A stretch of 64,000 nucleotides of DNA. Origin: Octopus sinensis. Its lineage: Eukaryota. Each line of letters opens with the position of its first letter. The first letter of the stretch is position 1. A program made the translations under genes and the position numbers. Location: positions 100,130,001-100,194,000 of the forward strand of contig NC_043005.1 of assembly GCF_006345805.1 (NCBI RefSeq), in the 5' to 3' direction. Positions 53,154 through 63,849 of the stretch are shown in pieces. The notes under the pieces were generated by a model that was not told the origin of the DNA, did not search any database, and worked only from the letters and a program-made list of their open reading frames with translations.

Positions 53154-54408
53154 CAAGCAAATTAGTCAAGTCGATATATAAAAATATTAAATACATTTAA
53201 TATAAAGAATGTACAATTGTATATATATGAAAGAAGTCTGACTTATACAGAAGGGAAATCATACATGACAACAAATCCCAACCTCAAATCCCAAAATATT
53301 CCATATGCCCTATCCTGGTACATAGTAAGAGAAGCTCCCCCATACAATGCAAACATCAGCAAGTGTAAGTTATGTTTAAAAGAATCATTAACCATTTGTT
53401 GCCTTCATAACACTTCATTACTTCATAGATTCTCTGATGTTATTTATTCTTGTAAACACAGATACTACTCATCTTTCACACACTTCACCAAATCTATATA
53501 ATCCCATAATAAATTTCCATACCCAAAATGTCTTAAACCAAGAAAAATCAGCCTTGCAACCCACTACTTAAAAAGTACCAAATCCTCCCCATCCTACTCT
53601 CTCTCATACAACATCTGCAATTTCTTTCAACTTCTTCAAATCAACTACTTCACACTTCCCTCTTAAGCTCAAAAAGTACTTAACTCCTTTGAAAACTAAC
53701 CTATCTACCTTTACCCCTCCCTGCTCACATCCCCCCTATTCAATTCCACAGCCTCTGTTGACCATAACACCCCGCCCACCCTGCCAATACCAACCCAATT
53801 TCTTTGTCCCACTAACAACTACTTTTGACCACCTCCTCACCCTCCAGCTACTGAACCAGACAACTCATTTCACTCAAATAACAGCCGTCCCTGTTTCTCT
53901 ATCTCAACCTTTAACTTTATAGCCTTCATACAAACAGACACAAAAATCATCATTCACATACTACCCAAACCACCATTCCCCCTTCCTCCTACCTTCCACC
54001 TCTACTACTTTCACTAGCCTCATTATTAACCCCAACCCCAAAATCTATTTTCTTCTCCACTACTCTCTATCTAAGCACTCCAACTCCTCTTTCTAATGCA
54101 GTTAGTTCTCTACAAAATCATTCCATCTTTAAGCTCCATTGTGTCAACACCTCAAATGTAAAATTCTTCCCTGAAGAAGGAGGCTGGTGGTTTTCTAATG
54201 ATGCAATTAAGTTACAAGCATTATTTTGGACTACCAAGTCCTCAGAAACAGCTGTTGGACTCATAAAACTCCTACTCAACCCCCTTAATTCTTGATAAGA
54301 TTTCCATTTTGTGGTAAGTTTGACTTCTTTTATATGTAAATATAGGTACATTCTTTGTATGAAATGTATTTAACATTTTTTTATATATTGACTTGACCAA
54401 CTTGGTTG
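53154..54408 (+). mobile_element. Penelope-like element, family B (endonuclease C-terminus, pyrimidine-rich UTR, hammerhead, inverted terminus)
   Basis: LKSQNIPYALSWYIV..APPY...KCKLCLKE...SCKH (53262-53498). Diverged inverted repeat 53154-53260 / 54299-54408. Confidence 0.8.
54168..54259 (+). ncRNA. Type-I hammerhead motif (PLE family B)
   Basis: tcc-CTGAAGA-ag-GAGG...long stem II...CCTC-a-GAAA-CAGCTG-T-T-gga; palindromic ACAGCTGT stem III. Confidence 0.7.
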
Positions 54409-55069
54409 TCCTTACATTTACTCCTCTATCTACCCAAGTTCAAATCTATTGAGCACTACGAAGAATATTCTATACAGAGAATACCTGTCTCTAATCTATA
54501 AGTAATACACACACACACACACAACAGGCTTCTTTCACTATCCCTCTACCAAATCCACTCACAAGGCTTTGGTTGGCCCAAGGCTACTGTAGAAAATACT
54601 TCCCCAAGGTTCCATGCAATAAGGTTGAACCTGAAACCATGTGCCTAGAGAGCAAGCTTCTTACTCATTCAGCCATGCCTGTGCCATAAATGAAATGATT
54701 AAAATTCAATAACTCAAAATAAATACACAAAGGCATTGTGTTTCAGCTAAGATCTCCAATTCAATCTCTCAATGAATTAATAAGAGATCTGCTATAAGGC
54801 TGCTCACCCAGCCAGACAAAACAACCAAATTTCCTTCGAATCACATTCAACTGTCCTTCAAATGAAGAAAAAGGTAGTATGATATATTATTGTACAGTAT
54901 AAAGCATGCAAAAGACAAAAGGCAGGTTAGTCATGGCTTGACTGTCTTAGGCCATAGAGCTGCTTAATTAGGATTGATCTGTAATTAAACACTGATTCAT
55001 ATATGATACGAATTTTACATTATATTTTTTTTAATATTTTTAATATCAAAATTAAAATCAAATTCGATG

Positions 55070-55595
55070 ACTGGTGTCCGTGCCAGCAGGGTGCAAAGAG
55101 CACCATACGAGTGTGATCATTGACAGAGCAGCTAACCTGCTTCCGTGCCAGTGGCACTTAAAAGGCACTATTTGAGTGTGATCATTACCAGCGTCACCTT
55201 ACTGGCACTTGAGCTCCGTGCTAGTAGGGTATTAAGAGCACCATCCGAGCGTGATCATTGCCAGAGCGGCTATCTGGCCTCCATGTCGGTGGCACGTAAA
55301 AGACACCATTTGAGCATGATCGTTACCAGCATCGCCTTGCTGGCACCTGTGCCAATGGCATGTGTAAAAGATTTGAGCGAGGTCATTGCCAGTACCGCCT
55401 GACTGGCCCCGTGCCAGTGGCACAACTGAAAGCACCCACTACACTATCGGAGTGGTTGGCATTAGCAAGGGCATCCAGCTGTAGAAACTCTGCCAGATCA
55501 AGATTGAAGCCTGGTGCAGCCATCTGGTTCGCCAGCCCTCAGTCCAATTCTCCAACCCATGCTAGCATGGAAAGCAGACGTTAAACGATGATGAT
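55070..55595 (+). mobile_element. SINE family C with the longest array here (5 units plus terminal unit)
   Basis: Alternating unit types b-a-b-a-c-d, then RTE-like tail and (gat)n. Confidence 0.85.
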
Positions 55596-55788
55596 GTTAT
55601 TATTTTAGGATCTGGGATTATAGCACAAATTGAAGGGAATGTTTGTCAAATTGTCAGGTTCAATCCTGCAATGTGGCATCTTGGACAAATGTCTTCTACT
55701 ATAGTCCAGGACTGAGTAGTTCTGGTAAGCAGAAACCGAAAATAGCTCATTGTGTGTGTGTGTGTGTATGTGTGTGTGTGTGTGTATA

Positions 55789-56004
55789 TGAGGGGCCGTT
55801 GAAAAGTTCCTGGCTTTGGGTAAATGAAAATGCAAGAGGATCAGCTAATTATGATTTTATTCAACATATTCTCCTTTCAGATTCACACACTTATTGCAGT
55901 GGTCCTTCAGTTTTTGTAAACCCTGTAAAAGAACTCAGATTGTTGAGCTTTCGACCAGGCCTTTTGTGAAACCCTTAAACCAGGAATTTTTCAGCATCCC
56001 CTTA
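55789..56004. mobile_element. Mariner-type MITE
   Basis: ta|tgaggggccgttgaaaagttcctgg ... ccaggaatttttcagcatcccctta|ta. Confidence 0.75.
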
Positions 56005-56044
56005 TAGAAATATATTTTTTTTAACTGGCATTCCATCACCTACA

Positions 56045-56347
56045 ACAATGAGGGTTTCAGCTGATCTGATCAATGGAACAGTTTGCTCATGAAATTAACG
56101 TGCAAGTGATTGAGTACTTCACAGACCTCTTTGCCTTTAATATATTTCTCAGGGAGATTCAGCTTGACACAAGTGTGTAACAAGGTCAGCACTTTGAATA
56201 ACATGTACTACTCATATTTTCCAGGTGAGTGCACTGGAACAATGTGAAATGAAGTATCTTGCTCATGGACATAACACGTCACCAGAAATTGAAATCATGT
56301 CTTTATGATCATGAGCCAAATACTCTATCCACTCAGCCACATGCCTT
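56045..56347 (-). mobile_element. tRNA-derived CORE-type SINE
   Basis: rc of head (ccactcagccacatgcct) and CORE-like gaagtatcttgctcatggac. Confidence 0.65.
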
Positions 56348-56355
56348 CTTATCTA

Positions 56356-56635
56356 TGAGGGTCAGTCAAAAAGTAATGCGATTTTGTTTAGGACAGGTAT
56401 AATTACCAACACAGGAACATGTATCATACGTCAAAATGAAGCTGGTCCTCTGTGGATCACATCCCTACTTCTCAACATGGTCACCGTTTCTCTCAATAGC
56501 AATGTTCCACCTTCGAATGAGAGCATGTATCTTTGCCCCGTAAAATTCTGTTGACTGTTCTTTGAGCCAATTCTTCACTACAGTTTTCACTTCTTCGTCA
56601 CTGGAATGATGCTTGCCTCTCAAACCCTCTTTCTT
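56356..56635 (-). mobile_element. Mariner right-end fragment
   Basis: Reverse complement of the 3' end seen at 56856-57185, TIR tgagggtcagtcaaaaagtaatgc, TA flank. Confidence 0.85.
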
Positions 56636-56640
56636 ATATA

Positions 56641-57185
56641 TGAGGGTGAGTCAAAAAGTATTTTGTCATTTTGTTTAGGACAGGTATAATTACCAGCACA
56701 GGAACATGTATGAAACTGGTCCTCTGTGGATCACATCCCTACTTCTCAACGTAGTCACCGTTTCTCTCAATAGCAATGTTCCACCTTCGAATGAGAGCAT
56801 GTATCTTTGCCCCGTAAAATTCTGTTGACTGTTCTTTGAGCCACTTCTTCACTACCTCCATATTCACCAGATTTAGCGCCTTCAGACTATCATCTCTTCG
56901 GTGCCACGAAAGAAGGTTTGAGTGGCAAACATTATTCCAGTGACAAGGAAGTGAAAACTGTAGTGAAGAAGTGGCTCAAAGAACAGACAACAGAATTTTA
57001 CGGGGCGGGGATACATGCTCTCGTTCGAAGGTGGAACATTGCTATTGAGAGAAACGGTGACTACGTTGAGAAGTAGGGATGTGATCCACAGAGGACCAGC
57101 TTCATTTTGATGCATGATACATGTTCCTGTGTTGGTAATTATACCTGTCCTAAACAAAATGGCATTACTTTTTGACTCACCCTCG
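56641..57185. mobile_element. Mariner-derived palindromic element made of two right ends
   Basis: 56641-56855 is the reverse complement of the distal part of 56856-57185; TA at both ends. Confidence 0.85.
56858..57076 (+). pseudogene. Mariner (DD34D-type) transposase C-terminal 72 codons
   Basis: PYSPDLAPSDYHLF...WLKEQTTEFY..GIHALVRRWNIAIERNGDYVEK*, open without stops. Confidence 0.9.
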
Positions 57186-57202
57186 TATATGAATATATAG
57201 GT

Positions 57203-57360
57203 GCAGGAGTGGCTGTGTGGTAAGAAGCTTGCTTCCAACCATGTGGTTCTGGGTTCAGTCCCACTGCATGGCACCTTGGGTAAATGTCTTCTAATATAGC
57301 CTCAGGATGATTAAAGCCTTGTAAATGCATTTGGTAGATGGAAACTGAAAGAAGCCCATC

Positions 57361-57412
<52 letters not shown>

Positions 57413-57620
57413 CTACGTATGCGTGTCTGTGTTTGTTCCTCATCACCATTTGATAACCAGTGTTGGTGTGTTTATGCTCCCATAACTTAGTGGTTTGGCA
57501 ATAGAGACTGATAGAATAAGTACCAGGCTTAAAAAAGAAGTCCTGGAGTGGATTCATTTGACTAAAAATTCAAGGTGGTGCCTCAGCATGGCTGCAGTCT
57601 AATGACTGAAACAGGTAAAA
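57203..57620 (+). mobile_element. SINE family A, full length
   Basis: Head, internal (TA)n, second domain and tail. Confidence 0.9.
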
Positions 57621-57699
57621 GATAAAAAAATATACATTACGGAGATGAACTTGCATAGCAAGTGACCTGATCTGAGATCGTGTGGTGGGACGAAAACAA

Positions 57700-57976
57700 T
57701 TGCAGCATGGAAGGTGTTTATAAGCCATTTAAGAAACACACAAAAGCCTTTAGATTCATTTCAACATTTAAATTTAATTTGTCAAAATATTTTCGTTGCT
57801 TTGAGACAGCGACCTGTTCACTGAAAAAATTCCGTGCTGTACCAATTTTTGTCAATGAACAGGTCGCGGTCTCAAAGCAACGAAAATATTTTGACAAATT
57901 AAATTTAAATGTTGAAGTGAATCTAAAGGCTTTTGTGTGTTTCTTAAATGGCTTATAAACACCTTCCACGCTGCAA
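57700..57976. mobile_element. Palindromic element with 125-bp arms (~4 mismatches)
   Basis: Arms 57700-57824 / 57852-57976, preceded by a short repeat-like leader (57640-57699). Confidence 0.9.
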
Positions 57977-58784
57977 AAAATATACAAATATATATATATA
58001 TACATATATATACAGTTCTCACATCATGACCTCACTGGTGGTGCTGGCATGAGAAAAGCATCCAGTACATGTTATTGAGTGGTTGGCATTTGAAAGGGTG
58101 TCCAGCCATAGAAACCATGCTAAAGCTAGTGTTAATAAAATCGATGCCATATGGAGAGGAACATTAAGCATTTGTTTATCTCACAATTTATTGGTAAAAA
58201 GTCGGATTTTACGAAAAGTAAAACCTATTCTAGCTTTGTTAATGAAGAATAATAGATAAAAACAAACAAACAAACAAACTAAAGAACAATAATATAAAAT
58301 TTTTTGCAGAATTTGAAATTCTATAGGAATATATTTCTGTTTGCATTCATTAGTTCTTCATCTGGGAGGAATTCTCCATTTTCCTGTTGCAGTTTATTAT
58401 AAACTGTTTTGCTGCTAATCTCTGCTGAGGGACATATTCCTCACTTGAGATTGACAACCGATTCCATTCTGTACCATAACATTAAAGTACTTTGTATTAA
58501 CAAACTAAAAATATACAGAAAAACCGAAATAAGATGACTGGCGTTGGAAGAATATCCAGAAGGTAAGAAGACTTTGATAGACAAAGCTAAATATTTCCCT
58601 ATCAGCAATTGTCTTTCAGAATTTTATGCAAGTTCGAATTTAAACCATAGAAATCTGATGCCTTGTTTGGTCCAGAGGAAGATTTAATCTGTGATAAAAA
58701 TGGTCGCAGGTTTAGAGTTGGGTTCACATGTTACAAAGCCTATCAAATATAAAATAACTGCCAATAGCAAAGAAAGAAGAAGCA

Positions 58785-58818
<34 letters not shown>

Positions 58819-58831
58819 GTGTGTGTGTGTG

Positions 58832-59020
58832 TCTTTTGATGGTATGAATGTTTAAATAACACGTGTGTGATTGTGTGTGTGTGTGTTTTTGGAGAGTATG
58901 AATGTTTAAATAATGCATGTATGATTGTGTGATTGTGTGTGTGTGGGGGGGGATACTGTGTGTGTGTTTTTTGGAGGCTATGAATGTTTAAATAACGTGT
59001 GTGTGATTGTGTGTGTGTGC
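58832..59020. repeat. Three-copy minisatellite (tatgaatgtttaaataa + (TG)n)
   Basis: Seen directly. Confidence 0.85.
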
Positions 59021-59513
59021 ATAACTGAATGTGTTTGTGTGTGTATTAATGGAAACTGCACTGCCATCATTTGATAGAGAAGAGCTTGTAGAGATGAGGT
59101 GGGGGGGGTGAGAGTGAGGAAGAGAAAGAAAGGAGGAGAGACAGAGACAGAGAGATATGGAAAAAGAAAGGGAGAGAGAGAAAAGAGAGAGGGAGAGAGA
59201 GAGATAGTCCTTTCCTGATTAAAAATACAACACCATAAAGAACATTTTTATACATGTAAGATTTAGAGCAGAGGTCATGGCTGGCTGGTCCAGTGAAGAC
59301 AGCATGATGTGTAAGTTAAAGAAAGGCATTTGACGATGGAAGATTGGTAAAAGGGTCAACATCAGAATGTGACAATTGATTCATGTTAATGATGATGGTG
59401 GTGTGGGGGTTAGAGTTGATGGTGTAAGTGAAGGTGGGGGTGATGGTGATGCTGGGTGTGGCAGAGGTAACACTGCCAGTGTGGTGGCTAGTTGATGAAA
59501 TAGCAGTGGTGGA

Positions 59514-59550
<37 letters not shown>

Positions 59551-60105
59551 GCCCTGATGCAGTACCAGGCAGTGGCTCTCATGGCTTCTGATCTTAACTG
59601 ATTGGAAGTGTTATCATGTACATTGTTTTGTCTTGGTATAAGAGATGGGCCACAGCAAATATTCTGCTGAATACCAGAGATTTGCTTGTCAGTTGTTTGA
59701 CCTTAACCAGTTGAGCATGTCCCTTAGTGGCTGACGATATGTGCATCTCTGATCACGAGCAGAAGTAGTGGGGGAGCATCATAGCCATGTGTTGAGAGGG
59801 ATTCTTTGGGGTTTGGATAATTCTCCTCTGGAAACATGGGTGTTTCGTTCAACATCCTTAAACAACCCTTATTCAGGGACCTTTCGAGTGGGATGGGTTA
59901 CTCACCCAGAAGAAAATTCTAACTGGGCCCCATCTGCAAGGTCATGTCCTGTTAATCTTGATAGGAGATCACCATGTCATGCACATATGATTGTGATGCA
60001 TGTGCCTGGTGTACCCTTATCAGACGGATAGTCATAATGGGTATACTGGGCTTCGTATATTTTACCCCAGTGTCACTTTGATGGCATGCACTGCTCTCTC
60101 ATTCA
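59551..60105 (+). mobile_element. ~555-bp element embedded in (AAT)n (copy 2)
   Basis: aataaat|gccctgatgcagtaccaggc ... ctctctcattc|aataataat. Confidence 0.85.
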
Positions 60106-60364
60106 ATAATAATAATAATAATGATAATAATTATAATATTAATAATGATAATAATAATAATAATAATAATAATGATAATAATAATAATAATAACCATTCT
60201 CAATATTGATTCATGGTCACACATTTTGGAGTTAGATGTCAATATGAATTAAATTGACTTGGAGATATGACGAGTATGAAGTGCATCAATATTTAATTTA
60301 TTCAATGAGCTGCCAGCAATAAACTGTGTATACAAACTAGGTTATGTCTGTTCATGTAGGTATC

Positions 60365-60760
60365 ACTTTTTACTTGTTTCAGTCATTTGACTGTGGCCAT
60401 GCTGGAGCAATGCCTTTAGTCGAGCAAATCGACCCCAGGACTTATTCTTTGTAAGCCTAGTACTTATTCTATCGGACTCTTTTGCCAAACTGCTAAGTTA
60501 CGGGGACGTAAACACACCATCATCGGTTGTCAAGTGATGTTGGGGGGGTGGACAAACACAGACACACAAACATACATACACATACATATATATATATATA
60601 CGACAGGCTTCTTTCAGTTTCCATCTACCAAATCCACTCACAAGGCTTTGGTTGGCCCAAGGCTATAGTAGAAGACACTTGCCCAAGATGCCACACAGTG
60701 GGACTGAACCTGGAACCATGTGGTTCGTAAGCAAGCTACTTACCACACAGCCACTCCTAC
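60365..60760 (-). mobile_element. SINE family A, full length
   Basis: Reverse complement of the consensus. Confidence 0.9.
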
Positions 60761-60761
60761 G

Positions 60762-60815
<54 letters not shown>

Positions 60816-61001
60816 AACATACAAAGTCTCTGCACATTGATAGATGTACAGCTTCTGATGAGTCTTCTCCAAAAAACAGAAGCCAGTTGGACCGATGGAA
60901 GGATCTTTCTTTTTCTACCCACAGAGAGCTTGTATTAGCATTTGATCTGATTTATACATTGCAACCAATTATAAACACAGTGCCAGTGTTGGTAAAACTT
61001 G

Positions 61002-61069
61002 TAATACATGGATTAATTGTTAATATATGGATTAATTGTTAATACATGGATTAATTGTTAATACATGGA
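61002..61069. repeat. 19-bp tandem repeat x3.5 (taatacatggattaattgt)
   Basis: Seen directly. Confidence 0.9.
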
Positions 61070-61318
61070 AGTAGGAAAGAAAATGTTGAGTAATGAATGT
61101 GTTGAAGGTAACTGATGAGGGGGATAATTATGGTGACAATAATTATCTCATTTCTCATCATCTTTTTTATCATTGTTACAAGAAATGAACTGAATTATAA
61201 TCCCTCACCATATTGTGGTTCACCTTTCATGGGATTTTGGAACATAACACCTGCCATAGTCGAGGGATTACTGTGCATGTATGTATGTATGAATAGATAT
61301 ATATATATATATATATAT

Positions 61319-61534
61319 AGATGAGAGTATTTTTGCCTTGTTAACAATATTAATAGCGTTCAGTAAATCATTTTTTTGGTAAAATGTTTTATTGACGAGT
61401 TTCGTTTTTTCACTTCCCTGAAGAGAAGATTGCATTGTTTTATACCATTTATTCTTTTGAATAATATCAGTGGAATTTTCGAAACATGTGTTGGAAAAAA
61501 AAGTATTTGATTTATACCTGCATTAAACTCCATT

Positions 61535-61565
<31 letters not shown>

Positions 61566-61644
61566 TTATATATATGCACACACACACATATATATGTATG
61601 CGTACATATATATAATATATTTATATATATACATACACTCATCT
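61319..61644 (+). mobile_element. Non-autonomous mini-Penelope (family A) with inverted termini
   Basis: Left end matches 10262-10288; body 61343-61535 matches about 11969-12170; atacactcatct at 61633-61644 is the inverted terminus. Confidence 0.8.
61414..61496 (+). ncRNA. Type-I hammerhead ribozyme with intact catalytic core
   Basis: TTCC-CTGAAGA-GAAGATTGCATTG..CAGTGGAATTTTC-GAAA-C-ATGT-G-T-T-GGAA: 4-bp stem I, 13-position stem II (one mismatch, two G-U), palindromic ACATGT stem III, GUU site. Confidence 0.8.
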
Positions 61645-62024
61645 ATATATATATATATATATGAGTAAATAAATGTTGAGTAGTGACTGTGTTGAAGGTA
61701 ACTGATGAGGAAGATAATTATGGTGACAATAATTATCTCATTTCTCATCATCTTTTTTATCATTGTTACAAGAAATCAACTGAATTATAATTATAAAGTG
61801 GTTACCATTTTAACGGAACTAGCATTTTGATTTTTTTATTTATTTACTTATACTATACAAATTACTGCACATTAACCCGAAGTTTCTACCTTTGAATAGG
61901 TCGCTACATCCTTGTTACTTGCGTGAATTTTGCTACCGTGGTAACTGTTTATTGAATTTTCCATGTAAACCGTAAACAAAGGATAATTCATTCATCTATT
62001 ATATATATATATATATATATATAT

Positions 62025-62495
62025 GAACCGGCTTCCGTGCCAGTGGCACATAAAAGGCACCATTCAAGTGTGATCGTTACCAGTGTCACCTTACTGGCAC
62101 TTGTGCCCGTGCTAGTAGGGTGCCAAGAGCACCATCTGAGTGTGATCGTTGCCAGAGCGGATAACTGGCTTCCATGCCAGTGGCATGTAAAAGGTACCAT
62201 TCGAGTGTGATCGTTACCAGTGTCACCTTACTGGCACCTGTGCCAGTACCATGTGTAAAAAGATTCGAGCAAGGTCATTGCCAGTACCGCCTGACTGGCC
62301 CCCGTGCTTGTGGCACATAAAAAGCACCCACTGCACTCACAGAGTGGTTGGCATTAGCAAGGGCATCCAGCTGTAGAAACTCTGCCAGATCAAGATTGGA
62401 GCCTGGTGCAGCCATCTGGTACACCAGCCCTCAGTCAAAATCATCCAACCCATGCTAGCATGGAATGCGGACGTTAAACAATGATGATGATGATA
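62025..62495 (+). mobile_element. SINE family C with units a-b-a-c-d
   Basis: Array, RTE-like tail and (gat)n. Confidence 0.85.
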
Positions 62496-63738
62496 TATAT
62501 ATACTCATATAGTTATGGTGTATTTTTTTAAGAACGTAGTAGTCTGCAGTATAAAGCTCATAAATCTGAGGCTATAAACCTTCAGATTTACCGTTTGCTA
62601 TCCAGTAGTAATATTATATATGCTTCCAGGTTTGTGTTTGGGCATCTGTTGTGTGTGAATAGGTAACCGAAAAAACTGGAGTCAACAAGGAGTATGGTTA
62701 GATATTTATTTTTCAATCACTACAATTGTCTCCATGCAACATAGTTCTCCAGGCATGCAGGTACTTGATTATGCAACTGTTTCCCTGCATTCTGAGATCT
62801 AGTTGTGTTTCCTCAAGCGATATGTAAATATTGTCTCCGTAACTTCAAATTCTTGGCTTCAAAAACATCCTCTCTGTCTGTTGGGGCCTGAATTTAGTAG
62901 TAGTAACTGAGTTTATTAAGGAGTGTTGTTGCTGAAGGACGATTGGAAAACTGCTTTGAATGTGTAGATGTAGTGGAATGGTGATTCTGGTACTGTTAAA
63001 GTGATTGCCATTTTAATGGAATTAGCATTTTGATTTCTTTGTACTGTGAATTACACATGCAATTGTCCTTAGCTGACCTTCAAGATTCATCCTATAAGTA
63101 CAGATATGTGTTGGTTCATATATACTTCCATATAGGTACTAATGCTTGGACACATTCACACACATACATATATATATATTCACACACACACATATATATA
63201 TATACATATATATGTCTACATATATACGTATATACATACACGCACACATATACAGATATGTACGGTATACTCACATACACATATACAAATATATGTACAT
63301 ACATAGACACGCACACATGCTTGTGTGTGCATACACACACTTACACACACATATATATTTACTTATGTAGGTACATACATTCATGCATAGTAAACATGCA
63401 GACAGGCATACATACATACATATAGAGAGAGAGAAATACAACCTGACAATGTACATATGAATAGGGGGGAGGGGAGGGTGAAAAGAGCTCACTGAATTAT
63501 TATTATTATCATTATTATTATTATTATTACTATTATTATTATTATTATTATTATTGTTATTACGATTTTTATAGTTATTATTATTATTATTACTATTATT
63601 GCTATTGCTATTATTATTTAATATCACCTGAAGAAACACATCTAGATCTGATGACACAGGGAAGCACTTGCATGGAAACAATTGTAGTGATTAAAAAATA
63701 AATGTCCAACCACACTCCAGTTTTTTCAATCATATATA

Positions 63739-63772
<34 letters not shown>

Positions 63773-63849
63773 TATATGTATATATATAAGTATATGTATA
63801 TGCATATACTTGTACATATATATGTATATACTTATATATATATATTCTT

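Larger units (their letters stand above)
61081..61791 (+). repeat. Pair of 121-bp direct repeats (61081-61201, 61671-61791), each forming a hairpin
   Basis: About 5 mismatches; internal tgatgag..gataattat-ggtgaca-ataattatc..ctcatca. Confidence 0.9.

Noticed and set aside
55070-55445. CRISPR array
   Set aside because: Eukaryotic context, no cas genes, spacers homologous to each other and shared among dispersed copies, and the array is fused to a retroposon tail.
57680-58005. Mirror-image 92/95-aa ORFs on both strands
   Set aside because: A consequence of the palindrome, not of coding.
58518-58561. Mini-exon ending CAGAAG|GTAAGA (KNRNKMTGVGRISR)
   Set aside because: Good donor but an A-rich, poor acceptor; too short to support.
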